A stretch of DNA of 64,000 bases from the human T2T-CHM13v2.0 reference genome, Homo sapiens. Where the stretch lies: NCBI RefSeq assembly GCF_009914755.1, contig NC_060933.1; one strand, written 5' to 3'. The translations under genes and the position numbers were made by a program. Under the pieces are notes generated by a model that saw only the letters and a program-made list of their open reading frames with translations, was not told the origin of the DNA and searched no databases. Of this stretch, positions 41,312 to 61,239 are shown piece by piece (position 1 is the first letter of the stretch; each line of letters opens with the position of its first letter).

Positions 41312-42989
41312 ATTTTGTTTCCCTTACTGTTGAAAGACATTGTAGATTGGTAAAGAATTCTAAGATTGGACATTATTATTTTTCTGCACCTTAAGGACAT
41401 TGCTCCACTGTATTCTAGCTTTGATTTTTATTGTTCCTAGTCAGCTGTCAGTCTGTTACTCCTAGAGGGTAATATATAATTTTTCTCTGGATGTTTTCAG
41501 ATCTTATCTTTGTCTGTAGTATCTTACAGTATTTCTATGCTGTGCCTCAGTGTAGATTTATTTTTATGCATTCTGTTTGGAACTCACTGGGCTTCTCAAA
41601 AACAAGAACAAACTATAGATTAGGCATTCCATCAATTGTGGAAAGTATCCCATCATTATACTTTCAAATATTGTCACTATCAGATTCTCTTTCCTTTCTT
41701 CCCTGAAATAGAATTAAAAATGTTTTTTATGTATTTTAAGCTTTCTTAAGTTTTTCTTCAAGTCTTTTAATCTCACCTTCCTTTTCCTATTTTATATTCT
41801 CTCTATACTTCATTGTGGATTTTTTTTTCACATTTATCTTCCAGTTAATTAACACTGTCTTCAGCTATAACTAATTTACTGTTTAACCTGATGACTACGT
41901 TTTAAAATTTCAAGTATTATATTTTTCACTTCCAGAATTCAGTATGGTTCTTTTGAATATCTTCTTGGTTATTCTTTATAGTTTTTTTGTTCCCTATAGG
42001 TAGTTTTAATTTTATATCTTATAATTTAATCAGAGTAGGCCTATTTATTTACATTGTGTCTGTTAATGCCAACATCTGAAATATTTAAACATCTTTGCTG
42101 TTATTGCTGTTCTTCTTTTTCATGAAGCATTATTTGCTTATGTGCTTAAATTTTTGTGTTTGTTGCATACTTTCCTTGGAAAATTCATTTCTAGGAATTC
42201 TTTTAAGATTGTGATAAAGGCACATTTTTCTCAGAGAATTTGCTTTTCTTTTGCTATGAATCCGTAAGTCCTACCAATTTGAGATCCTTTTTTTTTTTTT
42301 TTAAGAGGAAGATAATGGTTGTGATTTCTTTGGACAACCTGGGTGATTTTAGGCTTCAAATCTGCATAAAGTAGTTTACTTCTTACCTGTTCTTATTTGA
42401 AAGTATAGTCATTGGGGGTGTTCTGGCATTATAGGAGATTACACATTAGACTTCCTAACTTGAGAAGGTCTGGCCATTATCTTCTATCCCTATTGTATGT
42501 GACCTCAAAATACTTAGACTCAAGTTTATCATATGTGGAAAGTGACATCAGCGAAATGGCAGAATATTTTCTCTGGCTCCAGTCTAGAGAAATTGAACTA
42601 GCAACTAACCACAGACAAGAGTACCTTCGTGAACATCCCTGAATGTGTGAGAGAGGCTGAGACACCCACTTGGACCACAGAACTGAGAAAGGTACATTCA
42701 AAAAGTAAGAGTTTTCACTTTGACTACATCATCTTTCCCTCAAGCCAGCACAGCATCACCCAGCACATCACTCCTGGGCCCATGGTTTCTACAGTGGGAA
42801 AAGAGAGTGGGAAGTAGAAATTCAGTTTCCTCACCATTTCCCCCATGAGAAACATTGAAAGTTTTATTGGGGCTAGACTAGGTGGGTTCAGTTAAAAAAC
42901 AAAGAATAAGGGTAAGGCTCACAGCAACCAATGTGCAAATCTTGGCAGTGGCTCTGCATTATGGCAAAAGAAGGCATTCCACTAGAAAA

Positions 42990-43797
42990 ACTAGCCAATA
43001 GCAGCACTCCACAAGAAGCATAGCTGACAAGTCTGCCAGACTCCAGTCCCTACTTAGCTTCTCCACCCAGCCCTGGTGCTCTGCATAAACCTTCTCTAGA
43101 TTGGGGGAAAGTGCACATTCATGAATATCTGTAGAAGGGAACATCTGGCCATGCCAAACTCCAGTGGCTGAGCAGCAATCCTACATTCCTCTGGTGCTTT
43201 TCTTAAGCCTTCCTCAGGCAAGGAGGCAAGTGCAGGTCCTGGAATATCTGTGGAGGGGTGCAACTGGCCTGAACAATGCCAGTAGCTGAGTAGCAACCTC
43301 ACTCAGCCCCCAGTGCTCCCATTAAGTCATCCCTAGGCCAGGAGGCAAGGGCAGATTGCAGATTAGTGACTATCTGTGGAGGGAAGCATCTTGCTTCACC
43401 CAACCTCTGGCCCAGCACATCCCAAGTGGCCAAGGGACAACACCATCAATCTTCAGTGCTCTCTTTAAGCCTTCCCCAGACAGGGAGTCATGTACAGGAC
43501 CTGGAATATCTGCAGAGGAAATCATCTGACCCAACATAGTTTCAGCAGCTATGTAGTGCCCCACCAAGTATTGGCACTCTGCTTTAGACTTTCCTGGGCC
43601 AGAAGGCAAGTGCAGGTCAGCAATTACCTGCAAAGAAAAGTATCTGATCTTGCCCAACTCCAGCTGCAAGCAGTGACCACACAAAGCCTCAGTGTTCTGC
43701 TTAAAGCTTCTCCAGGCCAGGAGACAAGTATGCATATATGCACATCTGTGGAGCAAAGCCTCTGGCCCAGTACATCCCAAGTGGCTGAGCAGTAATC
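42990..43797 (+). repeat. Degenerate ~120-bp monomer array in the L1 5' UTR
   Basis: gtgctc...ttaagccttcc...ggcaagtgcagg...atatctgtggag...gtggctgagcag recurs near 43075, 43194, 43312, 43455, 43573 and 43691. Confidence 0.85.
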
Positions 43798-44477
43798 TTT
43801 TTTTTTTTTTTGCTTAGTTGTCTATGTACTCATCATTAATCTCTACTCTTAGCCAGTTGTCTAAATCTACTCTTAATACATTCAGACACATAAGATACTA
43901 ATTTCATCTTCCTGAGTAAACATTCCCTGGAGACTTCCAACCTCTTTCAATCTGGACAGATTGTCTTTACTGCTCAATTGTCCTTTCAAGAGCTGTCTTT
44001 ACCATTACCCAGTGGATTCTATTTTCCCTCAATCCTGTATGAATCTTCTGTTTCCTAATCTTGTGTTCATTTTGGTGGAGTACATCTTTGATTAATTTTC
44101 TGAGAAAAAGGGCAGGTAGGTACATATTTTGAGACCTTGAATGTCTAAAAATATTTTTAACCTAACCTCATATTTGATTCATAGTTTGAGAGGGCAAATA
44201 ATTTACAGGTTATTTAAATATTTTTTCAAATATTTATGGCATTTTTCCTTTGTGTTCAATTCCTATAAATGCTCATATATTTTTGTCTCATTCTTACTCC
44301 TAAGGAGTAACACTTTGGGTTCCGACAGAAAATCTGGAGTGATTACTGCAATCTCTTATCTTTGGTGAACTATAACTTTTGTCTCTTGTGACCACATGAA
44401 ACTGCTAAAAACTCTGCACAGCTTCTCAGCCTCTCAGCTACTTATCTGTACTTAGGTTTTCAACCTTTTAGCTACCA
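43798..44477 (-). other. Putative transduced flank plus second poly(A)
   Basis: T14 at 43798-43811, then ~670 bp of ancient-L1-like/unique DNA unrelated to the host 5' UTR; minus-strand ATTAAT 23 nt before the tail. Confidence 0.7.
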
Positions 44478-50480
<6,003 letters not shown>

Positions 50481-53013
50481 TAGCACGTGGCTTTGCTCAT
50501 CTACAGATTCCAAACAGCAGTATTACCTAGTGAGAGAAGACAATCTGTAACTCTGCTCAGAGGCAATCACAAAACTTAGCTAATAGCTCTGCCTAACTAC
50601 AGAGTCCAGCCAGTGATCTCATCAAACTCTAGAGCACAGCCAGCATTTCCATTTGACCTCAAAGCAGTCAGCAGTACAGCCCAGCTAGAGAATCTGACAG
50701 CAAGGCCTGCCTGCCAGGACTTGCCACCAGCTGGGCCATCCAGAATCCCAGGCTAGACTAAACAGTGAAGGTTTATTGCTACTGAAGAAAATTAGCAAAG
50801 ACTGGAAGAGGTAGCCATTTCTTCAAATGTGTAGACACTAGTGTAAGGTTTACAAAGATCCAGAGAAATATCACACCAAAAAAAGCAACTAATAAATCTC
50901 TAATAATGGACCCTGAATAAATGGAGATCTATAAAATGACTGACAAGGAATTTAGAATGATTATCTTAAAGAAGTTTTGTGAACTAAAAGAAAATATCGA
51001 TAGAAAATTAAATACAATTTGAAAAACAATTTATGAAGAAAAGTGAGAAGTTTTAAAAAGAAACAGAATCATTTTTAAAAATCAAATAGAATCCTAGAGA
51101 TAAAAAATACAACAACTGAACTAAAAAAATTAATAGAAGCTTCAACAGCAGACTTGATTCAGCAGAAGATATTATTGTGAGCTTGAAGGCAGGACATTTG
51201 AAATTATACAATCAGAAGAGCAGAAATAATGAAAAAAAAAAAGCCTATGTGAATTATGGGTCACTATCAAAAGAATGAACATTTGCTTAAGATTTTCAGA
51301 AGGAGAAAAGAGAAAACAGGGCCCAGAAAGCATATTTAAGTAAACAGTGGCTGAAATTTTCCCAAATCTGGGGAAAGATGACAACATTCAGGTAAAGGAA
51401 GCTCAGAGGTCTCTAATTAAATTCAACCCAAAGGGAAGTTCACCAAGACACATCATAATTAAATTATCAAAAATCAAAGACAAAAATTCTGAAAGCAATA
51501 AGAGATAAGAAAAATATCAGATTCAAGGGAGTCTCAATACATCTATCAGCAGATTTCTCAGCAGAAATCTTGCAAGCCAGGAGAGAGTGGGATGACATAT
51601 ACAAAGTGCAGAAGGAAAAAAAACTACCAACTAAGATTACTTTGCCTGGAAAAGCTGTCCTTCAGAAATGAGGAAGAAATAAAAACTTTCCCAGATAAAC
51701 AGAAACGATGTCAGTTCATCACCATTAGACCTGTCTTACAGGAATAGTTAAAGGGATTCCTTTAGCCTGAAACAAAAGTCCAAAGTGATATTCAGAACAC
51801 TAATACTGTAAGGGTGATATATAAAGCAATTTTATCTCTATTACCAGGGTTGTAAAACAAAACTATCAAAAACAACAGTAGCTACAATAAATGGTTAAAA
51901 GATACAAATTACAAAAGTATATACATATTGACACTTAAATCATAAAAGTGGGGGAGGCAGTAAAAGTGTAGCATTTTTGTATGATTAAAGTTAAGTTGTT
52001 ATCAGCCTTAAATAGCCTGTTATAAGTATAATATATTTTCTGGAAGCCTCATCATAAACACAAAGCAAAAACCTGTAGTAGTTGCACTAAATATAAAAGG
52101 AAAGTGTTCAAAGCATAGCACCACAGAAAATAATCAAACGACAAGGGAAGACAGCAAGAGAGGAAAAGAGAAACAAAAGATCTACCAAACAACCAGAAAA
52201 CAAATTACAAAATGGCAGTAGCAAGGTCTTACCTATCAATAACTACCTTGAATGTAAATAGATTAAATTTTCCAATACATTAAAATTTCCAAATTTTCCA
52301 CAGAGTGGCTGAATGAATAAAAGGAAAGAACAAACTACCTATATATTGCATACAAGAGACTCACTTTACTAGCAAGAACACACATAATCTGGAAGTGAAG
52401 CAATGAAAAAAGATATTCCAACACAAATGGAAACCAAAACAGGGCAAGGGTAGCTATACTTATATAAGACTGATACTTATATCAGACCAAATAGATTTTA
52501 AGTAAAAAAACAGTAAAAAGGGACAAAGAATGCCATTATGTAATGGTAAAGGGAAAAATTCATCAAGAAGACATAAAAACTGTAAATATATACGCACCCA
52601 ACATTGGAATACCTAAATATATAAAGAAATTATTAAATTATCTGAAGGTAGAGATAGGCCACAATGCAATAATAGTAGGGTATCTCAGTACCCCACTTTC
52701 AACAATTGACGGATTATCTAGACAGAAAATCAATAAGGAAACATTAGATTTGAAGTTTATCAGATTTGATACATGCCCTCAAGGCAGAAGCAGCTTCCTC
52801 CTTTCTCTTGAATCTCTCTGAGTTCTGGGCTCCCAGCTTCCCTTAGATTTGGTCCTGATAATTATTTTTCCTTTCCTCTTACCTCTTAAACATTTGCAAA
52901 AGATGTTTTCTATATTTGATCATTCATTTTTAGTTCTCAGCATTATAAAGGTTATTACAGATACCAGAAAAAGTCAAATGTATTACCAGAAAAAGAAGTC
53001 TCACTTTAACTCT

Positions 53014-54609
53014 TGAACGGTAATGGCGGCAGTGGCGGAGCATCTGCAGCAGCTGCTGCCATCACGCCTGCAGCAGCAGGGAGGCATGGCCAGGGCTGCA
53101 CACTCCGTGGAGCTGGTGGGAGGTGGGCACAAGTGGGAGCCCCGCCCCTTCCAAGTTGGGGTGGGATGTCCCCTGGGGCCGCTGCAGCCACCCAAACCAT
53201 GGCTGTAGAGCCGACCTCCCACTCCAGGGAGCAGGCAGGAGCCCTGCCCTCTGAGCGCGGCTGCAGTTGCCCAAGTCATGGATGCAGAACCAAGTCTCGC
53301 TGTGTTACTGGGGGGCCAGGAGCAGGAAGGAGCCCTGCCTTCCCAGGTACAGACGCAGCTGCCCAAACTATGGCTGCAGACCTGGACCTCCCTGCACTTT
53401 TGGGGGCCCAGAAGGTCCCCATGCCCTTGCAGGCTCAGAGGTGCCAGCTCCCACTGCCTGGCTTCTCCCTGCTGTCAGTACCTGCTCCATCAAAGCAAAG
53501 TCTGGCTCAGCCCAGGTGCCATGAACAGCAGCAGAGGCAGACAGATTCCTGGGTGGAAGGGGGCAGGTTCCCATGAAGCCCCACCTTCAGGCAAGGGAGG
53601 GCCTGAAGGCTGGGGGCTGGGCTGCCAGTCCCACCAACGGAATGGGAGCTTGTGGTGCCTTTTCTGGGCACCGGTGGCTGCCCATGGACCAATCAGTGCA
53701 CACTTCCTCCCCTCTGAGGCCATATAAACCCTGGGTTCAGCCAGAGCTGAGCAGATGTCAAGATGACCAACAGCAGAGAGGAGCTACCCACTCTAAGGCC
53801 TTCTCTCTGCTGAGAGCTTCAGAAACTTGCAGAGACGTCGGGACTACCAGCTGCAGAAAGGCATAACCCACTCCAGGGCCTCCTCTCTGCTAAGAGCTAA
53901 ACATTCGTCAGGACACCCTGACTTTGGAAAGGAGCTACTCGTTGCGGTCTCCTCTGAACTATTCTATAACTCAATAAAGCTCCTCTTCATCTTGCTCACC
54001 CTCCACTTGTCTGAGTGCCTCATTCTTCCTGGTCACAGTACAAGAACTTGGGACCCGTTAAATAGCAGGACTAAAAGAGTTTTAATACAAACAGGGCTGA
54101 AACATACCCCTTCCTCACCATGTTGGGGGCAAAGAGAAGGAGAGAAGAGCTGCAGCCCTTTGGGGAGCCCAGACCTGGGAGCTCCCTGAGCCAGGGATGC
54201 GACTCTCTCTTTGTAGCCCTGCAGTTCCCAGCATCTCCAAGCTTCCAAGCACCACTGCATTCCCCAGTGCCAACTGGCGAAAATGCTTGCAATGCACCTG
54301 GTTCTGCTGCAGCCTCACAGAGATCCAGTGCCTGTGCCGGCACCTGGAACTGCCCACACATGGCAGCAGCCAGTGTTTCTAACCATGCGCAGTGGCTGGA
54401 CCTCATGCTTGCTCACACACCCCTTGCCACTCTGCCACATGGTTCACCCTTGGTAGGCGTGGGATCCAGGCCAGTAGCGTAAGCTGAGTGCAGCCTGTTA
54501 AGCTGAGTGGGCAGAATGAGCCCAGCAGGCCCAAGCAAAGTTTGGGTAAAGGCATCACTGGCCACAGAGGTTTCCGGCCAGAAAAGTAACACCCAAAGAT
54601 CCTGTTACA
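53014..54609 (+). mobile_element. MER52-like (ERV1) long GC-rich solo LTR
   Basis: gctgccatcacgcc...; ccaatcag at ~53689, TATA-like catataaa at ~53721, caataaagctcctcttc at ~53972; ends ggccacagaggtttccggccagaaa...gatcctgttaca. Confidence 0.88.
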
Positions 54610-54858
54610 GTCATTTAGCTGTTATTTCTTGAAGGTAATTTTTTGATGTCTTTGAAATCATGGGATAACCATTATTTCCTTAAAAATTTTCAGATATTAC
54701 TTTAATATTTGTTTAGTATTTATTTATTGAATTCTATTGTTGCTATGTCTAGTATATTGAAGTTTTAAGGTTCATTACTGCATTCTGTGCTTAGTTGTTC
54801 TTAAGATTATCTTTAAAATTATATTAAAACACAGCTTTAGCTATATCTCCTTAGTTTT

Positions 54859-55127
54859 TTTATTATTATTATTATTTTTTGAGATGGAGTCTTGCTCTGT
54901 TGCCCAGGCTGGAGTGCAATGGCGAGATCTCCACTCACTGCAAGCTCGCCTCCCAGGTTCATGCCATTCTCCTTCTTCAGCCTCCTGAGTAGCTGGGACT
55001 ACAAGTGCCCGCCACCATGCCCAGCTAATTTTTTGTATTTTTAGTAAAGATAGGGTTTCACCGTGTTAGCCAGGATGGTCTCGATCTCCTGACCTCGTGA
55101 TCCGCCTGCCTCGGCCTCCCAAAGTGC
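54859..55127 (-). mobile_element. AluY, 5'-truncated by ~30 nt, (TAT)n tail
   Basis: Y diagnostics tgcaagctc, gccattctcc, ccgtgttagccaggatggtctcgatctcc; TSD CCTTAGTTTT 54849-54858 / 55127-55136. Confidence 0.95.
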
Positions 55128-55518
55128 CTTAGTTTTGATATGTCCACTTTTCATTATTATCCAGTTAAAACATTTTCTAAAATTCATTGTTTTTTTTTAT
55201 CCTGTGTGATATTTAGAAGCATATTGCTTAATATCAAAAGATTTAGGGACAATAAAGTTATCTTTCATGATTGATTTCTAGCCTAGTTTCACTGCGATAA
55301 GAAAACATTATTTAAATTGTTAAAATGTGTTCAGGCTCACTTCATGGAGAAGCATAAAGTTAAATTTGGTAAACAGTTCATACGTGTTTGAAAATCATAT
55401 ATTCTATGGTTGTTGGATACAGTATTTTATACATGCTGAAGTTTGTTAGACTTGTTGTTCATATGTTCACTAATCTAAACTAATTTATCTCTGCTTGTTC
55501 TATCAGCTATTGAGAAAT

Positions 55519-56051
55519 GTCATGGACAGTTTCTATTCATGGCTGTAACAATCCTCATCTCTTGGTACTCAGGTCCTTCTGTGATCATCTCCCCCTAACT
55601 GTGGATTCGACCAGTGACTTGTTTCTAAGGAATAGAATATGGTAAGTGATAGGATGTTACTTCCAAGATTAGGCTGCTAAAAGACTCATGCTTTTGTTGG
55701 GCTTTTGCTTGCTCATTTTGATGGACGTAGGCCCACCATATGGTGGGCTTCTTTTTGTGGGGGTTCTTATGGCAAAGAACTGAAAAAGGGTTTTGGTCAA
55801 CAACCAGGGAAAAAATAAGATCCTAAGTCCAGCATTATTCAAGGAGCTGAATACTGCAATAACCACACTGGAAACAGATATTTCCCAAGCTGAGCCTTGA
55901 GATAAGATCGCCCTTGGAGAGACCTTAAGTCAGAGGATGCAACTAAGCTACTACAAGACTCATGATCTATTGAAACTGAATAATCAGTATTTATTGTTTT
56001 AAGCAGCTAAGTCTTGGGACAATTTGTTCTGCAGCAATAGATAATTAATAC
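55519..56051 (+). mobile_element. MLT1E/F-like MaLR LTR within old L1M
   Basis: gtgacttgtttctaaggaatagaatatgg...ttgttttaagcagctaagt...gcagcaatagataattaatac. Confidence 0.8.
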
Positions 56052-56094
56052 CAAAGAGATTCAATTATAGAGTTTTCTGTTTCTTCTTTTATTT

Positions 56095-56870
56095 CTTTTT
56101 TATAAATAACTTAATTGTGGTAAATATTCATAGGAGAAATTTCCCATCTTAACCATTTTTACTGTACAGTTCAGTGGTGTTAAGTACGTTCACACTGTTG
56201 TATAACCAATCTCAAGAACTCTTGTTATCTTGCAAAACTGAACTCTATACCCATTAAACAATAATTCTCTAGTACCTTTCCCCCCGGCCCCTGGTAACTT
56301 TTATCATGGAGATACAAAGAGATGTATTCACATATATACAAAGTAGCAATTCTACTTTGTATCCCTAAGAATTTGACTACAGTAGGTACCTCTTACAAGT
56401 TGAACCATACAATATTTATCTTTTTGTGACTGGCTTACTTTACTTAGCATAATGTCCTCAGGGTTCATCCATGCTGTAACATGTATCAGAGTTCTTTTCC
56501 TTTTTAAGACTGAATAATATTCCACTGTATATAAATACCACAATTTTATGGATATATACTTGTATACACCACATTCTTCTGTTGATATGCTCTTCGGTTT
56601 TTTTTCCACATTCTCATTTTTGTGAATAATGCTGAGATGAACATGGATGTAGAAATATCTTTTCAAGATCCTGCTTTCAATTCTTTTGGGTATATACTCA
56701 GAAGTATATTTAATTCTTGAGGAACCACTATACTGATTTCCACAGTGGCTGCACCATTTTACATTTTTACCAACAGTACACAAGGGGTCCAATTTCCCCA
56801 CATCCTCACCAATGTTTGTTATTTTGTGGGGTTTTGTTTTATAGTAACAATACTAATGAGTGTGAGCTAA
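56095..56870 (-). mobile_element. L1MB 3' end
   Basis: catcttaaccatttttactgtacagttcagtgg...; ORF 56352-56801 contains PEDIMLSKVSQSQKDKYCM. Confidence 0.9.
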
Positions 56871-56908
56871 ATTCTGTTACTTTTTTCTTTATATATTTTG
56901 AAAAAAAA

Positions 56909-57195
<287 letters not shown>

Positions 57196-57491
57196 TTGAA
57201 ATTCTTAATAAGAGCATACACATTTAAATTTTCATGAATGATTGACTCTTTCATAAACATAAAATATCCCTCTTTCTTTTTAATAATATTTGTTGCTTTA
57301 GAGTACACTTTGATAGCTGTCTGATAGTAATAATGCTATACTAGACTGCTTTTCATTGATATGTGCATGTATATATTTTTGTATTCTTTTACTTTCAAAT
57401 TCCCTTTCCTTATGTTTAATGTACAGCAGATAATTAGGTTGAAATTTAAAAAAAAATAGAATCTGATAATCTTAAACTTTTATAGTTGAAT

Positions 57492-57628
57492 TTATTTTTA
57501 TTTTTATTGATATAGATGGGGTTTTGCTATGTTGCCCAGGCTAGTCTTGAACTCCTGGCCTCAAGTGATCCTTCCACCTCAGCCTCCCAAAGTGCTGGCA
57601 TTACAGGTCTGAGCCAGCATACCCAGCC
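57492..57628 (-). mobile_element. FLAM_C-like Alu monomer
   Basis: tttgctatgttgcccaggctagtcttgaactcctggcctcaagtgatcc...gagccagcatacccagcc. Confidence 0.9.
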
Positions 57629-58214
57629 TCCATTAATATTTAATGCAATTATTGATATATTTTTATTTTAATCCACCATCTTCTCTGTTTCTCTCTGTCC
57701 ATTTTATTTTAAATTTTGGTTTGTTTAATGTTATTATTTTCACAATTTCTACTTGATTCTTTTCCAAATCTGCTTTGTCTTTTTTTTTTTTTTTTAAATA
57801 GCATCCTCTTCTTTCACTATGGGTTTTTTGCTTTAATTTTGTAATCATTTGAAACATATTTATTTATAATTTCTTGAAGCTTGCTATCTCAGTTTGGGGA
57901 AGTGGTTACTAATTCCCCATCACTCTGTCAATTCTTTTTTATGATAGATGAAGTTTTTCATTATATTATTGACTTTAATGCATTTACATTCATTTAAAAT
58001 TCTTGTAGTCCTTACCTGCTATTATTTTAACACTAGAAAAGTTTATTATAAAAATTTCCTGAGAGCATTGTATTTTATGATTGCATATTCATAAAGTGCT
58101 CAGCTCAAGCAGAGTTCTATACAAGCTTCTCTGTTAAGGTATGAGAGTGTGACCAGGCTCTTTGTCTATCTTCCTTTGCAAAATATAATCTCATATTGAT
58201 TATCACAGTCATTA

Positions 58215-58591
58215 AGTTTGTGCGGAATTATTTCATCTTCCTCTTCTGTGAAGCATATGGTAGGACTGTCATTCTCCTTTTTAAATTTAGGTGTGGCCAC
58301 GTGGCTTGCTTTGGCCAATAAAATGTGAGTAGATGATATGCCTTTGCGGTGGAAGCTTTAAGAGCTAATGTGTGCTTCATCACATTCTTTCCATTCTCCC
58401 ACAGAGACTGACAGCATTCCTGGTGGTGTTGCTTTTTTAAGCTTAGATCCCAGAAAGAGATTATGCAGAGTAGAGTTTCTAGTTGATTTATGGTTGAAAT
58501 GGAGTCTGAGAAACAAATCTTTGTCATGTAAGATTGTTTTTTGGGGCTGCTCGTTATTGTAACATAATGTAGTCTTTTTTGATTGATACAA
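58215..58591 (+). mobile_element. MLT1I/J-like MaLR LTR
   Basis: ttaggtgtggccacgtggcttgctttggccaataaaatgtgagtaga...gaagctttaagagc...tgattgataca. Confidence 0.75.
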
Positions 58592-59589
58592 GGATCAGCG
58601 GCACAGCTTATTTCTTACTGTATTCCCACATGTTAGCACAAGGCCTGGTACAGAAAGTATTTGTGATTTGTTGAATCAAATTTTAGAATCAGAGTTCTTC
58701 AACGCCTGTGGTGACAATGCAAAGATGGGGGCTGATATTCTGTGCCATTTGGTCTTGAGTTCTCAATACATTCCATTCATTTTTCCAGCTGGAGGGACGA
58801 AGAATGACATTTGACTTAGTCGCAAATGGAAATCATTTTGTTTGGTACAAAGCCCATTGGAAAAAGGAAGACAAAGGGCATTTCTTTCAGTGGTAACCTG
58901 CTACTGCATTTCCTGTAAACACTAAATATTCTCCTCTGTTAGCCTATGAGAAATGGTGCTAGGTGGGAGAAGAGGCAAGGGTTTTCTTGTTTGTTTGTCT
59001 CTTAGCTCAAAAGAATCAGGGGAGAAATCTCTTCTAATTACAGAGTTATGTGCTTTGGAAGGACTTTTTTATTCATTAAGTCTGCCCACTGCCTATAAGT
59101 AATCTATCTTGGAAAAGATGTTTTATTCTTAGAAGTATGAAACCATTTTTGGTCTCTGAAGCAAGATGATTGGATCCACCAATAGAAAGTCATATTCTCT
59201 TGGTCAGATAAATATTTTATGCATTTTATTTTTCAAATAAGTAGAGCAGTCATGTTATTTACTATCTAAGCATAGAGACATTTGATCATGAAAGAGGGCA
59301 CTGTTACCATTTATACTAGGACAACTAGCATAAAATGGTATTTTCCTGGGCAAACTATATGAACACCTTACAAATAAGGCCACTTATGAATGTAACTTTC
59401 ATAACATGTAATCAAGTCATTAAGTCCCTTATTCTGAGAACAGCCAGCTGACCAGGAGACCAAAAGGCCAAGAGAAAGAATGTCATCCTCAATTAAGCAT
59501 TTCAGTGAGTAAATCATGATTCCATTAGTTGATTGTTACTAAACTTTCTTAAGACATGCCCTTAGTGAAACCTTTTACACCAGCGTACA

Positions 59590-59916
59590 AATGCATGGAC
59601 TATTTGCCTGAACTAGAAGGTCCTTCCCCGTCAGCAACCCCTGACTATAAGACCCAGACTAAATGTTATTTCCTCTGAAATGGCTTCTTCACCATTCCTG
59701 GATGTGGCTCGTCTGTGATAACTAGGTTTCCCCAGCACAGTGTAAACACTTCTACAGTAGTACTTTTCACATTATATTATAATTCTTCATTTATGTCTGT
59801 CTTCCCTCATGCGCTGTTCAAGGGTAAAAACTGTGTCTTATTTATTTTTGTGTCTTTCTAAGAAAAGCTTTTTTTACTCAGTGTAATTGTTCAATACATT
59901 ACTGAAAGAATGAATG
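59590..59916 (+). mobile_element. L2 3' fragment
   Basis: tttatgtctgtcttccc...agggtaaaaactgtgtcttattt...tgaaagaatgaatg. Confidence 0.65.
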
Positions 59917-61239
59917 CAGAGAACTACTTATTTAGAAAAAGAAGTTTATGCTAACAAGGCCTTCCCAGCTTGAGCTTGAGATAGAAGGAATAAAAAGAAT
60001 GAACTGATTTACCAGCTGTTTCCTGATTCATAAGGAAAGAAATATGGAGTATTTCTGAGGTGGGAGGCAGGGGAGAAACAAAGCATAGTTCATTTTAATT
60101 ACATTTGGCTGTGGTACCGTTTCAGGATAGAACTCACAAAGCTGTAACTGCTAGGAGCTGTGTATGTATTGCTTAAGGGAAAACAAGATGATGTACTAAT
60201 CTTTAAGATATTTTAAAAAGACTCTTTTGTGGTACATTGTCTAGAAGTGAATGTAGGTTATATCCCCTCCAGTGGTAACTACAGAAATTAGAGATGCTGA
60301 GAAATCATGTGGTCAACCCTCCCAGCACAGTACGCACAACGTCACCTGAGCCATGTTTATGTAGCTCCTGTGACTTCCCAGGAGTGTGCAGAGCTCCTAG
60401 CAGAGCAAAGAAGGCTGCTTTGGAAATCTAAAGCAGACACTTGGCTCCTACTGCTAGATGGCCTTGGTGAGGCATTGGGAATTGACAGATGTTAAATTGG
60501 CAGCACAATTCTCCAACCTGGGAGTTAAGGCTAAAGCCTGAAGTATTGAGAAGCCATATATATTTATGTAGAGAGGAGGGACCTCTCTTGAGCCAAAAGG
60601 AAGTGGGTGGGTAGGGGTTCTGTTTACTTTATTAAGCTGTTTTGCAGGATTTGGGGAACCAATTTCATTGAAGCATGTGTCAGGACAGGGCAGTCATTCT
60701 CAGAGTCAAGTAGTACTGTCAATAAATAATCGCATGGGGCCAGAGACTGGTGGGATTACTTTAGGTTCTAATTCTGGACTGACACATGAATAGTTAGAAG
60801 CATGAAATATCCATGTTTCTCCCCAGGACTAGAGTTTTCATAGCTCTAGGATATAAGGAGGAGTTCTGGTGACTACAGAAGGCGGTGACAGAAAGAGATA
60901 CATAGAAACAGCAACATACATTTCTCCCTACACTGAGTCTGTCTCAGCCTCTACCATTCTTTCACTCTATTCCTTCAAAAGTGTGTTCTAAGCCCATAGT
61001 ACTGTGCTTAGCAGTGCAACATTAATGGTAAAGAAAGCACTGGCTCTCAAGATCTCCTGGCCTAGTGGGGAAGGCAGCCACATAAACAGATCACCATCAT
61101 TCACCATGATATGTAGGCTATTGGAAATGTGTATAGGAGGTTATGAAAATATAATGGAAGGAGTTGCTGATTCTGTGTGGTTATAATCAGGAAGAACTAG
61201 AGTTTAGGGAAGGCATCACATATGGCTCCCCATTATAAA

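Larger units (their letters stand above)
38490..42537 (-). mobile_element. Old L1M (L1MD/ME class), ORF2 5' part through 5' region; resumes at 52753
   Basis: T-rich degenerate L1 antisense motifs (ctctctcattcctaatattggttatttgtg; gactatggtcaatttttgtgaatgtt; gaattctaagattggaca). Confidence 0.75.

Noticed and set aside
42990-43797. Periodic repeats resembling a CRISPR-like or satellite array (also 14560-15295)
   Set aside because: Whole units are degenerate copies without unique spacers and sit in L1 5' UTRs of primate DNA
53001-54482. Dense cluster of overlapping ORFs up to 187 aa on both strands
   Set aside because: Lies within a GC-rich LTR where stop codons are rare; low-complexity Ala/Gly/Pro peptides, no recognisable domain
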